DNA of 49,056 nt from Minisyncoccota bacterium (GCA_035438585.1 DAORIO010000001.1:1-49056); one strand, 5' to 3'. Shown: positions 8,194 through 17,344, numbered from the stretch's first letter. A program made the numbers and translations. Notes: generated by a model not told the origin, from the letters alone.

Positions 8194-10974
8194 ATGAAAA
8201 CACAGATTTCAAAATTATTTTTTGTTTTTGCTGTCACAATCATTTCATTGGGGCTTTTTTCTCCGTCAAATGCAAGTGCTCAGCAAACACAATTCAATAC
8301 ATTAGGTAACGACAGACCTACAATTCAGGTTTCTAATCATACAAATAATCCGGGTTGTACAAATTGTTGGTCAACAAGCGTATCCGCTGATCCAGGGGAT
8401 ATTATTTCTGTTTATATTTATTACCATAACACAGGAACAGTTGCGGCTAACAATACAAAAGTAAAATTAAACGTTAATCAAGGGGTTGAATCTCAGTATC
8501 ACAATATTTCAGGATTTGTTTCTGCAAGTAACGCGAATACTTCAAATGGTTCAGCTTCTATAAACATTAGCCAATCAGAATCTTTGGTTTTTGATAATTA
8601 TGTTAAGTGGTATCCAAATCATCAAATTACAAATCCAGCTACTTTACTTTCTGGTCAAAATGGAAGCGAGGTTTTGAGTGGAAGTGGTTTGAGTATTGGA
8701 AACATTTCACCAGATGCACCGCTCGGAAGTTTTTCAACTCAGGGTTCTGTGGTTGTTAGATTTAGAGTAACCAATACTCAAACTCCGCCACCTCAAGTAA
8801 ATTGTTCTATCGATTCATTTACCGCAAGTCCTCAAACTGTAAACTACGGATATTACTCAACTCTAAACTGGAATACAACAAATTGTAACAATCTAACAAT
8901 TGTTGGAGGTGGACTTAGTTTGTCTAATATAAATCCAGACGGCTCAGTTTCAACCGGCGCGCTTTATAATCCAAGTAATATTTATACTCTAACTGGTTAC
9001 GGAGACAATGGAATGATTCAGAGAACCGTAGCGGTTAATGTAACAGGTCAGCCTGCAAACAACTGTGTTATCGATTCTTTCTATCCAGATCAGTACAATC
9101 TTTCATATGGAGGATCAACAACTCTATATTGGACAACCACAAACTGTAACAATGTTTCAATTGTGGGTGGAAATATAAATCAATACAATCTTTCTGCTGA
9201 TGGAAACATAAGCACAAATTCTCTTTACTCAAATACAACATTTACAATAAACGCTACTGGTCAAAACGGAAGTGATTCTGATCAAGTAACTGTAAGCGTA
9301 AATGGGCAATCTCAAAACAATTGTTTTATCAATTCATTTTCAGCAAATCCAAGTTCTGTAAATTCAGGAGGGTATTCATCTCTAAACTGGAATACAACAA
9401 ATTGTAATTACGTAAGAATTGTTGGTGGAAACATAAATCAAAGCAACCTTAATGCGGACGGATCAAAATCTACTGGCGCTTTGTATAACGATACAACATT
9501 CACGTTAACTGCTTACGGAAACAATGGTTCTGTAGCAAGTACTGTAACTGTTGATGTAAACGGAAACAATAATGATGATTGTGAAATTGATTCTTTCTAT
9601 GCATCTCCTGATGAAATAGAAGAAGGTGAAGATACAACTCTATATTGGCAAACTACTGATTGTGACGATGTGTATATTTCAAATGGTATTGGAAATGTAA
9701 ATGATGATGGACATGAAGATACTGATGACCTATATGAGGATGAAACTTATACAATCACCGCAACTGGAAACAATTCATCTGACTCAAGAACTATTACAGT
9801 ACGAGTAGACGAGGATAATAACAATGATGATGATTGTGAAATCGATGATTTTTACGCAAGTCCATCTTCTGTATCTTATGGTGACGATACAAAACTTTAT
9901 TGGGAAACAACAGATTGTGATGATGTGTATATTTCAAATGGAGTTGGAAATGTAGATGACGACGGAGATGAAAGAGTGGATAATATTTACTCAACTACAA
10001 CTTTCACAATTACCGCTCATGGCGATAATGGAAGTGATAGTGATTCTGTAACAGTTTATGTAAACCAAGCACCTGTTTATGAAAATACTTCGGTTACAAC
10101 ACTGGGTGTTCAAAATGTTACAAAAACAACAGCTGATTTAGCTGGAGTGCTTGTTTATACAGGAAATCAAACAACTAATGTTTGGTTCGAATACGGAACA
10201 ACTCCAAACCTTGGAAATGTAACAACACAAACCGCTTTCTATTCATCAGTTAATACTCCGTTTACTAAAAGTATAACTGGTCTTACTCCTGATACGCTTT
10301 ATTATTTTAAAGCGATTGCAAACAATCAAAATGGAAGAACAGAAGGTATTGTTAGAAATTTCAGAACAGCAGGAGCAACTTCAACAAACACAAACACTGT
10401 GGTTTATGTAAACTCAGGAACAGGAGAATCTCTTCTAAATCTAGACATAACTTCAGCTTTTGAAAATGTTGGTGTTGGCGAGCAATATGATATTGATATT
10501 GCTTATGAAAATACTTCATCTACTGTTACAGCAAAAAATACAACTCTAAACATTGTTCTGCCAAAGAATTTGGTATTTCAAAGAATTTCTCGCGGTGAAT
10601 ACAATCTTCGTGATCATACAATTTTTGTTGATCTAGAAGATGTGTCTCCAAAGGAATCTGGAGAAATTACGCTACAAGTTGTAGTTGGTAATAAAGCACA
10701 AAGTGGAGAATTATTGGTTACTATTGGAACTTTAAACTATGAAAAAAATAGTAAGAAAGAAGAAGTAATCGATATTCTTACAAATAAAGTTACAGAAGGT
10801 TCTAGTCTTGGGGCATTTGCTCTAGGAACAGGTTTTTGGCCAAACACTCTTATCGGATGGCTAATTCTTCTAATCATATTCTTGATGATCATTTATATTG
10901 CAAATAGAATGTTCAGAAGAAAAAATGTAGCGCAGCCGATGACAGTACCAGTTCCACCACAAACATATCGATAA
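8194..10974 (+). CDS. Large cell-surface protein: signal peptide, beta-sandwich N-domain, five tandem Cys-pair modules, Fn3-like domain, DUF11-like domain and C-terminal TM anchor
   Basis: The track ORF starts at a GTG at 8113, inside the upstream terminator and promoter. The ATG at 8194 gives MKTQISKLFFVFAVTIISLGLFSPSNASAQ. C-terminal anchor GWLILLIIFLMIIYIANRMFRRK. Confidence 0.75.
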   Translation: MKTQISKLFFVFAVTIISLGLFSPSNASAQQTQFNTLGNDRPTIQVSNHTNNPGCTNCWSTSVSADPGDIISVYIYYHNTGTVAANNTKVKLNVNQGVESQYHNISGFVSASNANTSNGSASINISQSESLVFDNYVKWYPNHQITNPATLLSGQNGSEVLSGSGLSIGNISPDAPLGSFSTQGSVVVRFRVTNTQTPPPQVNCSIDSFTASPQTVNYGYYSTLNWNTTNCNNLTIVGGGLSLSNINPDGSVSTGALYNPSNIYTLTGYGDNGMIQRTVAVNVTGQPANNCVIDSFYPDQYNLSYGGSTTLYWTTTNCNNVSIVGGNINQYNLSADGNISTNSLYSNTTFTINATGQNGSDSDQVTVSVNGQSQNNCFINSFSANPSSVNSGGYSSLNWNTTNCNYVRIVGGNINQSNLNADGSKSTGALYNDTTFTLTAYGNNGSVASTVTVDVNGNNNDDCEIDSFYASPDEIEEGEDTTLYWQTTDCDDVYISNGIGNVNDDGHEDTDDLYEDETYTITATGNNSSDSRTITVRVDEDNNNDDDCEIDDFYASPSSVSYGDDTKLYWETTDCDDVYISNGVGNVDDDGDERVDNIYSTTTFTITAHGDNGSDSDSVTVYVNQAPVYENTSVTTLGVQNVTKTTADLAGVLVYTGNQTTNVWFEYGTTPNLGNVTTQTAFYSSVNTPFTKSITGLTPDTLYYFKAIANNQNGRTEGIVRNFRTAGATSTNTNTVVYVNSGTGESLLNLDITSAFENVGVGEQYDIDIAYENTSSTVTAKNTTLNIVLPKNLVFQRISRGEYNLRDHTIFVDLEDVSPKESGEITLQVVVGNKAQSGELLVTIGTLNYEKNSKKEEVIDILTNKVTEGSSLGAFALGTGFWPNTLIGWLILLIIFLMIIYIANRMFRRKNVAQPMTVPVPPQTYR
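8803..10062 (+). repeat. Five in-frame tandem modules of about 85 aa inside the surface protein
   Basis: Modules start at C231, C318, C404, C490 and C575 of the track ORF. Each has the pattern C-x-I-D/N-SF...L-Y/N-W-x-TT-N/D-C-N/D...G-x-N/D-G-S. The last two are strongly Asp/Glu-enriched. Confidence 0.75.
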
Positions 10975-10987
10975 TTATATCGAAACA

Positions 10988-11015
10988 AAAAGCCCTGGAT
11001 TTCCAGGGCTTTTTG
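10988..11015 (+). terminator. Rho-independent terminator
   Basis: AGCCCTGGA/TCCAGGGCT (10991-11010), then T-run. Confidence 0.8.
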
Positions 11016-11030
11016 TTATAGATTTACAAA

Positions 11031-11474
11031 GTGCTAATAAAAACTAAAAGTTTAAAAGAGTTCGAAGGTGTGGCCCTTGGGTTCGCTAAGAAATTAAGAC
11101 CAAACACACAAGGTGCGACAGTTGTATTGTTGTCTGGTGATTTGGGGGCAGGGAAGACGACTATGACGCAAGTGATTGGTAAGAATTTTGGAGTTGAGAA
11201 AGTAATGCAGTCTCCAACATTTATGATAATTAGGAATTATGAATTAAAAATTAATAATTTCGAACAACTCTTTCATATTGATGCTTATAGATTAGAGTCC
11301 GAAAAAGAAATTGAAAAACTTGGATTTCAAGAGATAATTTCTAATCCTAAAAATCTTGTACTTATAGAATGGCCGGAGAAAATAAAAAAGATTTTACCGA
11401 GAAAGGTGTTTAAAATTTCTATAGAACATATTAATGAGAAGGAGAGGTTGGTTGAGATAGATAGATCTTTTTAA
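11031..11474 (+). CDS. tsaE: tRNA t6A37 threonylcarbamoyl-transfer complex ATPase TsaE
   Basis: GDLGAGKTT P-loop, SPTF, HIDAYR. About 147 aa. GTG start. Confidence 0.8.
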   Translation: MLIKTKSLKEFEGVALGFAKKLRPNTQGATVVLLSGDLGAGKTTMTQVIGKNFGVEKVMQSPTFMIIRNYELKINNFEQLFHIDAYRLESEKEIEKLGFQEIISNPKNLVLIEWPEKIKKILPRKVFKISIEHINEKERLVEIDRSF

Positions 11475-11476
11475 AA

Positions 11477-11505
11477 TTGACATTCCGAGCTCGTAAGAGT
11501 AAGTT
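11477..11505 (+). promoter_or_regulatory. Promoter TTGACA-N17-TAAGTT
   Basis: TTGACA 11477-11482, TAAGTT 11500-11505. Confidence 0.5.
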
Positions 11506-11532
11506 AATAAAAATCTTTAAAACTTATTCAAA

Positions 11533-11874
11533 ATGAAAGCAAAAAATCAGTTAGTTCTATTTTATCTTCATGAAGATTATATAGAAGCTCAAGGGGTAGT
11601 TAAAAAGTCAAAAAAAGAACTTTTAAAGTACAACTTATCCGTTTTTTCAATGGTACCATTGATGTTAACTCCGCTTGTAATACTTTTTGACATACATCTC
11701 GGCATACCAAAAGTAGCTTTGAGTGCCATAGGCATATTTCTGCACCTCGATATGTTATTTTTTGTAATCTTTACTATCATTGCGAAAACGTACAAAACAG
11801 ATCGATTGAAAGCTAAGGGGCTAATTAATAAATCCATCAAAATAATAAACGACTACGAAGCAATGCCTGTGTAA
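11533..11874 (+). CDS. Small membrane protein, unknown function
   Basis: ORF track. Two hydrophobic helices. Own promoter and terminator. Confidence 0.5.
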   Translation: MKAKNQLVLFYLHEDYIEAQGVVKKSKKELLKYNLSVFSMVPLMLTPLVILFDIHLGIPKVALSAIGIFLHLDMLFFVIFTIIAKTYKTDRLKAKGLINKSIKIINDYEAMPV

Positions 11875-11888
11875 AGCAAAGAGAGATT

Positions 11889-11918
11889 AAACCGCCTCAG
11901 TTTTGAGGCGGTTTTTTG
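11889..11918 (+). terminator. Rho-independent terminator
   Basis: AACCGCCTCA/TGAGGCGGTT, then T6. Confidence 0.8.
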
Positions 11919-11977
11919 TTTCTTACGTAATAATTCCACAGAACCATTCGTACAAATAGTTCCATCGAGGTTTTAAG

Positions 11978-12010
11978 ATACTAATTACTAACATACTAAG
12001 ATACTTGCTA
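11978..12010. repeat. Third copy of the AT-rich ATACTAATTACTAAC element, merged with the polA promoter
   Basis: The 15-mer at 11978-11992 is identical to 4612-4626. ACTTGCTA follows, as at 4624-4632. Confidence 0.6.
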
Positions 12011-12014
12011 TAAT
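12006..12014 (+). promoter_or_regulatory. Extended -10 box TGcTATAAT, 7 nt before the polA ATG (leaderless-type)
   Basis: TG 12006-12007, TATAAT 12009-12014, ATG 12022. Confidence 0.55.
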
Positions 12015-12021
12015 CTCTCTA

Positions 12022-14445
12022 ATGGCAACCAAAAAGGACAGACTTATACTCTTCGATTCTCATGCGATTATTCATCGCGCTTATCATGCAGTCCCTGACT
12101 TCAAGAGTAGTGACGGAACACCTACGGGGGCACTATACGGCCTGTCTAACATGCTGATGAAGATAATAGCCGATCTAAAACCAGATTATATGGTGGCGGC
12201 TTACGACCTTCCTAAAAAGACATTTAGACACGAGGCCTATGACGGCTACAAAGCGGGACGAAGAAAGACTGATGACGAACTTATAACTCAGATAATAAAA
12301 TCTCGTGAGATTTTTGAAGCATTTCACATTCCAATATTAGAAGCTGAAGGATTTGAGGCTGATGATATTTTGGGCACAATCGTACATCAAGTTTTGGGCC
12401 ACAAAAAAATGAATGATGTTGAAATAATTATCGCCTCGGGTGATATGGATACTTTTCAGCTTGTGGTCAAAAACAGGGTAAAAGTTTTTACTTTCAAAAA
12501 AGGGTTAGGCGAGATTGCCATGTATGGGGAAGAAGAAGTTGTGAATCGATACGGTTTTTTACCAAAATATGTTCCAGATTACAAAGGACTTGCTGGTGAT
12601 TCGTCGGACAATATTCCTGGGATTCGGGGGATTGGAGAAAAAACTGCTACAAATTTGATTCAAGTTTTTGGAACACTTGAAGAAATGTATAAAAAAATAA
12701 AAAAAGACCCAGAGGTACTCGATAAGGCGGGGTTAACTTCGCGCGTTAAAAATCTAATTATTGAAGGTGAAGACGATGCAATTTTTTCAAAAACACTTGC
12801 AACTATTAGGCGCGACGCCCCTATAGATTTTGTATTACCAGAAAGATTTCCGGCAGGAGCAGCTCAAGAAAAAATTGAAAAACTTTTCTCAGAACTTGAA
12901 TTTCGAAGTCTTGTTGGTAAAGTTCGAGAAGTCATTCACAATGGAGAGCAAATAAAAAATGGAAAAAATGGCACAGAAAAAAAAGAGACCGCAGAAGAGA
13001 TAGCCCTTCAAGGAACACAAGAATATAAAAGAGAGGAAATTTTACGAACTGCAATTATGGCTTGGGTTATTGATTCAGAAAGAACAAATTCCACCGGAGA
13101 TGATTTACTATTTTGGTCAAAGAAAAAAACAATTGAAGAGGCACAAAAATATTTTGAAGAAGAAATAAAGAAAGATAAGAAAAACGAAATTGTTTTCAAG
13201 GAAATTGAAGAGCCTATAATAGAAGATATTTTCAAGATGACGGAAAATGGCATCAAGGTAAATACTAAATATCTAGAAGAACTTTCAGTTGAATATACAA
13301 AAGAATTAAATGATCTTAAGTCTAGAATTTATAAATTGGCAGGGCGAGAATTTAATGTTGATTCTCCAAAGCAATTAGCAGAAGTTTTGTTTAAAGATTT
13401 AGGCCTTAAACCAAAAGGCTCTGTTGGTAAATCAGGAAGTTTTTCAACAAAACAAGAGGTATTAGAAGGATTAGCTGAAGAAAATCCAATAATAGACGAC
13501 ATTTTGAAACATAGAGAACTGGCAAAATTGCTTTCTACCTATGTCGACACAATTCCAAAATTAGTTTCATCTGATGGCAGACTTCATGCAGAATTTTTGC
13601 AACATGGAACAACTACCGGAAGATTTTCTGCGCAAAATCCAAATTTACAAAATCTACCAATAAAAGGTGAAAGAGGGATGGCTATTAGGCGCGCTTTTAT
13701 ATCAGAGAAAAATACATCACTCGTTAGTTTTGATTATAGTCAGATTGATTTACGATCGCTCGCCATACTTTCAAACGAAGAAGTTTTGGTCTCTATTTTC
13801 AAAAACAGAGAAGACATTCACGAAATAGTGGCTATGAAAATTTTTGGTATTCCCAAAGAAGATGTAACCAAAGATATGCGACGCAAGGCAAAAACTATAA
13901 ATTTCGGAATTATTTATGGTATGGGGGTTTCAGCGCTTCGAAAAAATATTGGATGCACCACAGCCGAGGCAAAAGAATTTTATGAGAATTATTTCAAACA
14001 ACTTCCCGGAGTAAAAAACTTCTTGGAAAATATAAAAGTAGAAGCAAGTAAAAATGGTTTCACAGAGACTTTGTTTGGAAGAAAGCGGTTCTTCAAGGAC
14101 ATAAAATCGCGCATTCCATTCCTCCGAGCTTTTGCGGAAAGAATGGCAACAAATGCTCCGATCCAAGGAACTTCTGCGGACATTATGAAACTCTCTATTC
14201 GGTTTGCCATGGAAGATATAAGAAGTGCGGGAATTAAAAGTGCAAAGCTAATACTTCAAATTCACGATGAAATAGTTTTCGAAGTTGAAGACAGAGAAGT
14301 AAACAATCTAGTGTCGGTGGTAAAGAAGGCGATGGAAGAAGTGCTACCAAGGTCATATCTTAAGCTCAAAACAGATGTCCCTTTGGTTGTGAATGCCTAT
14401 GCGGGCAAAAGCTTGGGCGAGCTAAAAGAGATTGTGATAAAATAA
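12022..14445 (+). CDS. polA: DNA polymerase I
   Basis: 5' nuclease domain (LILFDSHAIIHRAYHA, GIRGIGEKTA). Polymerase motif A SFDYSQIDLRSLA, motif B RRKAKTINFGIIYGMG, motif C QIHDEIVFE. The middle region is short and I see no clear Exo I DxE motif. Confidence 0.95.
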   Translation: MATKKDRLILFDSHAIIHRAYHAVPDFKSSDGTPTGALYGLSNMLMKIIADLKPDYMVAAYDLPKKTFRHEAYDGYKAGRRKTDDELITQIIKSREIFEAFHIPILEAEGFEADDILGTIVHQVLGHKKMNDVEIIIASGDMDTFQLVVKNRVKVFTFKKGLGEIAMYGEEEVVNRYGFLPKYVPDYKGLAGDSSDNIPGIRGIGEKTATNLIQVFGTLEEMYKKIKKDPEVLDKAGLTSRVKNLIIEGEDDAIFSKTLATIRRDAPIDFVLPERFPAGAAQEKIEKLFSELEFRSLVGKVREVIHNGEQIKNGKNGTEKKETAEEIALQGTQEYKREEILRTAIMAWVIDSERTNSTGDDLLFWSKKKTIEEAQKYFEEEIKKDKKNEIVFKEIEEPIIEDIFKMTENGIKVNTKYLEELSVEYTKELNDLKSRIYKLAGREFNVDSPKQLAEVLFKDLGLKPKGSVGKSGSFSTKQEVLEGLAEENPIIDDILKHRELAKLLSTYVDTIPKLVSSDGRLHAEFLQHGTTTGRFSAQNPNLQNLPIKGERGMAIRRAFISEKNTSLVSFDYSQIDLRSLAILSNEEVLVSIFKNREDIHEIVAMKIFGIPKEDVTKDMRRKAKTINFGIIYGMGVSALRKNIGCTTAEAKEFYENYFKQLPGVKNFLENIKVEASKNGFTETLFGRKRFFKDIKSRIPFLRAFAERMATNAPIQGTSADIMKLSIRFAMEDIRSAGIKSAKLILQIHDEIVFEVEDREVNNLVSVVKKAMEEVLPRSYLKLKTDVPLVVNAYAGKSLGELKEIVIK

Positions 14446-14449
14446 CGAA

Positions 14450-14920
14450 ATGGAGGAAAAACTATTTAAAAGCATACACGAAGTGTTGGCGAGGTCATAT
14501 TTTGTCTTTTTTCTTTTTATTTTAATCGGACTACTAATTTCTTTTTTCTGGGATATAAGCCTGTTTCCAGAAGTTAAAAATGATCTTGGTTTTACTGTTT
14601 TGGTTTTAGGGACTGTTTTGGTTTTTTGGGCACAACAATCATCTCGAAAAACAAAACACAAAAGAGGGCATAGTGATTTAGAGATTTCTAAGGAGGGTTT
14701 TGTAAAAGGTCCGTATAAATTTTATAGATCACCAACTCATTTAGGCGTATTTTTACTTTGCGCGGGAATGGCGATTTTGGATAACTCTTTTATCGTTGCG
14801 CTTACTTCTGTTATTGCGTTTATTTTCACAAGAATTGTTTTTATAAAAAGAGAAGAAAAAATGCTTGAAGAAAAATACGGAGAAGTTTATCGGCACTATA
14901 AAAACAAAGTAAAAATATGA
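14450..14920 (+). CDS. Membrane methyltransferase-like protein (ICMT / phospholipid methyltransferase family)
   Basis: Four hydrophobic helices. GPYKFYRSPTHLG resembles the ICMT Y-x-x-x-R-H-P motif region. Confidence 0.5.
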   Translation: MEEKLFKSIHEVLARSYFVFFLFILIGLLISFFWDISLFPEVKNDLGFTVLVLGTVLVFWAQQSSRKTKHKRGHSDLEISKEGFVKGPYKFYRSPTHLGVFLLCAGMAILDNSFIVALTSVIAFIFTRIVFIKREEKMLEEKYGEVYRHYKNKVKI

Positions 14921-15612
14921 TAAAGATTTATCTTTCAAAAAACTTAGATCAAGCACGAAACGAACTTTTAAAAGAAATTGGCAAAAGTAAAACACTGCCA
15001 ATTTCTTTTTCGATAGATGATTTAAGCTGGAGAACTTATTTAGATTCAAGTAGTTTGTTTGGCGATAAAACACAAATAGTTTTTTCAAGTGATGACGCTG
15101 CGGAGTTTGAAAAAGATATTTTAGAAGAGTGCGCAAAAAGTTCAAATCATTTTTTTCTTTTTGGAAAAGAAACAGTTGTGTTTACAAAGATTTTAGAAAA
15201 ATTAAAAGCAGAAATTGTTTCTGTAAAAGAAAATGTAAAATTTGAAAAAAAGGAAACACCGCCAGTTTTTAAAATAACAAATGCAATTTCAGCCGGCGAC
15301 AAGAAAAATGTTTGGTTGAATTTTTTGGGAAGTTTGGAAGCGGGGGAGCCAGCCGAAAGTATTCACGGAGGTTTGCTTTGGTTTTTTAAAAATTTATATT
15401 TGTATGAAAAAAGTCAAAAAGAAAAATTTAATCACGGTATTAATCCGTATGTTTTAAGTGGTCTTAAAAATGCACAAGAAAAAATTGGTCCAAATAGATC
15501 AAAAGAAATATACAAAGAGTTAACTTTTCTTTTAAGCGATTCAAGATTTCGCGGAACTGACACAAATATTGCTCTTGAAGATTTTTTACTTAAAAAAATA
15601 TTTCTAAAATAA
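14917..15612 (+). CDS. Possible DNA polymerase III delta subunit (HolA-like, short)
   Basis: AISAGDKKNVWLNFLGSLEAGEPAESIHGGLLWFFKNL resembles HolA domain III. ATGA overlap with the upstream gene. Confidence 0.35.
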   Translation: MIKIYLSKNLDQARNELLKEIGKSKTLPISFSIDDLSWRTYLDSSSLFGDKTQIVFSSDDAAEFEKDILEECAKSSNHFFLFGKETVVFTKILEKLKAEIVSVKENVKFEKKETPPVFKITNAISAGDKKNVWLNFLGSLEAGEPAESIHGGLLWFFKNLYLYEKSQKEKFNHGINPYVLSGLKNAQEKIGPNRSKEIYKELTFLLSDSRFRGTDTNIALEDFLLKKIFLK

Positions 15613-15635
15613 AAAAATAATCAAAAGACAAAAAG

Positions 15636-15666
15636 AAAAGCCCTTTTAAAAAATAAGGGCTTTTTA
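15636..15666 (+). terminator. Rho-independent terminator
   Basis: GCCCTT (15640-15645) / AAGGGC (15655-15660), then T5. Confidence 0.7.
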
Positions 15667-15862
15667 TAGATTGTGTCTATTTAAATAGACGGTTATTAAG
15701 TTGTAAATAAAGTGCAACGAGGGCAGATTCTTTTGAAGGAACAAATACAGATGAAGGGAATCAACGAAATTTTAATAGTCCTATTATTCTGGACAAAGAA
15801 TTTTCGAGTTCGCTTTAAATGTGGCTCCTAATCATTATACAAAGAATTTTTCTTGTTGCGTG

Positions 15863-16402
15863 TTATTTAGTTGGGGAAAACCTTTTGTGTGCTAAAAAGG
15901 CAAGTAAAATAAAGACAAAACCAGCAAATGCCATCATTGGAATTGAAATATAGCCAAACTCAAAAACGTATCTCTCGGCACATGATGGTCCGTTTGCTCC
16001 ACAGATGAGTGAGCTAGAAAAAATCCCAAGCTCTACTAAGTAGTGAAATGTTGAAACAAAAACACCAACAATAGAAAGAGCTATTGGAATTTTTATAAAA
16101 ATATTTTTTGGATTATATTTTGTAGTTATAAAAAATAGAAGCTGGGGATACATTAGTATTCTTTGTACAACACAAAGTTTGCACGGAGGAAATCCAATCA
16201 CTTCTGAATAATACAAAGATAACGCCATCGACATTAGAGAAATAATTATTCCAACTTCTTTAAAATATTTTCCAACTAAAGCAGATATTCCGATCGGATC
16301 TTTTTTGATGAGTAAAGAAAAAATTATATACAAAGAAATAAACTGCAAGAATAAAACTCCGCTCGCCATTATTTTATTTGAGATTAAAATCCATTCAGGC
16401 AT
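15863..16402 (-). CDS. Disulfide bond formation protein, DsbB/BdbC family
   Basis: SLYYSEVIGFPPCKLCVVQRILMYP (CxxC plus QR), HYL, second Cys pair CGANGPSC, GYISIPMMAF. Collinear with Bacillus BdbC. Carries an extra N-terminal helix. Confidence 0.75.
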   Translation of the reverse strand: MPEWILISNKIMASGVLFLQFISLYIIFSLLIKKDPIGISALVGKYFKEVGIIISLMSMALSLYYSEVIGFPPCKLCVVQRILMYPQLLFFITTKYNPKNIFIKIPIALSIVGVFVSTFHYLVELGIFSSSLICGANGPSCAERYVFEFGYISIPMMAFAGFVFILLAFLAHKRFSPTK

Positions 16403-16405
16403 TTT

Positions 16406-16789
16406 TTATTCTTGTGTTGGAAGAGAGCATTGTGTAAGCTCGGCTAACTTTTCTGGTTCGATTGTTTCTACTCTTCGTGTTCCATCAGAAAACTCCCAAG
16501 TTGGATATCCTGTAATTTTCGCATCAACACATGTTTGGTTTTGAGATCGATCAGGATTTGAACATTCTATATAAGGAAGTAGTTTTGCAGATTGACCAAA
16601 AAGTCTTTTTTGATCAGCGCAATGAGGGCACCAAAAAGCTCCATAAAATTTTGCACCACTATCTTTTACACATTGAGCGAGCTCATCGTATTTTCCTGCT
16701 CCTTTATTTTGATATGTGCTCAAAAAAACTGCTAACCCAATACCTATTATTATAAAAATTATTGTATAAATTATTTTCTTTTTTTCCAT
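16406..16789 (-). CDS. Membrane-anchored thioredoxin-like oxidoreductase of the type normally fused to bacterial VKOR
   Basis: N-terminal TM. KFYGAFWCPHCADQKRLFG...YIECS...ITGYPTWEF matches the Trx-like domain of cyanobacterial VKOR-Trx fusions as I recall them. Confidence 0.7.
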   Translation of the reverse strand: MEKKKIIYTIIFIIIGIGLAVFLSTYQNKGAGKYDELAQCVKDSGAKFYGAFWCPHCADQKRLFGQSAKLLPYIECSNPDRSQNQTCVDAKITGYPTWEFSDGTRRVETIEPEKLAELTQCSLPTQE

Positions 16790-16828
16790 AGTTGCATTAT
16801 ATCAACTTTAAAAAGTTTGTCTTATTTG

Positions 16829-17254
16829 TTATTTTTTTGTGCAATCCTCGCAGACTCCAAAGAATTCTAAAGAATGATTGGTTATGTCTTTAAAATATTT
16901 TGATTTTTTTAAGATACTGTTTTGTAATTCTTTTATATTGCAGCTATGAACATCTTCTATTTTTTCGCAAATTTTACACAAAATATGGTGGTGGTGATTT
17001 TGTGGGTCATTTAGTTCGTACAGTGTTTGACCTTTTTTAAGTTGGATTGAATTTAGTATATTTGCTCGCACCATCTGGTCTATAGATCTATAAATAGTCG
17101 ATTCTTCTATTTTAATTTCTATTTTTTCTAAAATATTTTTTACAGAAAGAGGTTTATGGTTTTTAAGAAAAATATCCAAAATAGCTACTTTTTGGGCGGT
17201 AGCCTTTAGTCCAGATTTTCTTATTTTTTCTTGTAAACCAAGATTTGACTTCAT
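16829..17254 (-). CDS. Fur-family metalloregulator (Fur/Zur)
   Basis: Winged-helix N-domain. HHHHILCKICEKIEDVH and C-terminal CEDC metal sites. Confidence 0.85.
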   Translation of the reverse strand: MKSNLGLQEKIRKSGLKATAQKVAILDIFLKNHKPLSVKNILEKIEIKIEESTIYRSIDQMVRANILNSIQLKKGQTLYELNDPQNHHHHILCKICEKIEDVHSCNIKELQNSILKKSKYFKDITNHSLEFFGVCEDCTKK

Positions 17255-17283
17255 TTGGTTATTTTAGGGTAGGGGGGCCTTTT

Positions 17284-17310
17284 TTGCAAATGCAATTGAC
17301 TTGCAATTAG
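17284..17310. promoter_or_regulatory. Candidate Fur/Zur operator overlapping the -35 of the divergent transporter promoter
   Basis: Three TGCAA motifs: the palindrome TTGCA-AA-TGCAA (17284-17295), then TTGAC-TTGCAATTAG. Overlaps TTGACT at 17296-17301. Confidence 0.35.
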
Positions 17311-17324
17311 ATAAATGATAGTCT
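17296..17324 (+). promoter_or_regulatory. Promoter TTGACT-N17-TAGTCT
   Basis: TTGACT 17296-17301, TAGTCT 17319-17324, ATG 17345. Confidence 0.5.
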
Positions 17325-17344
17325 TTTAAAAAATATTTAAAAAT

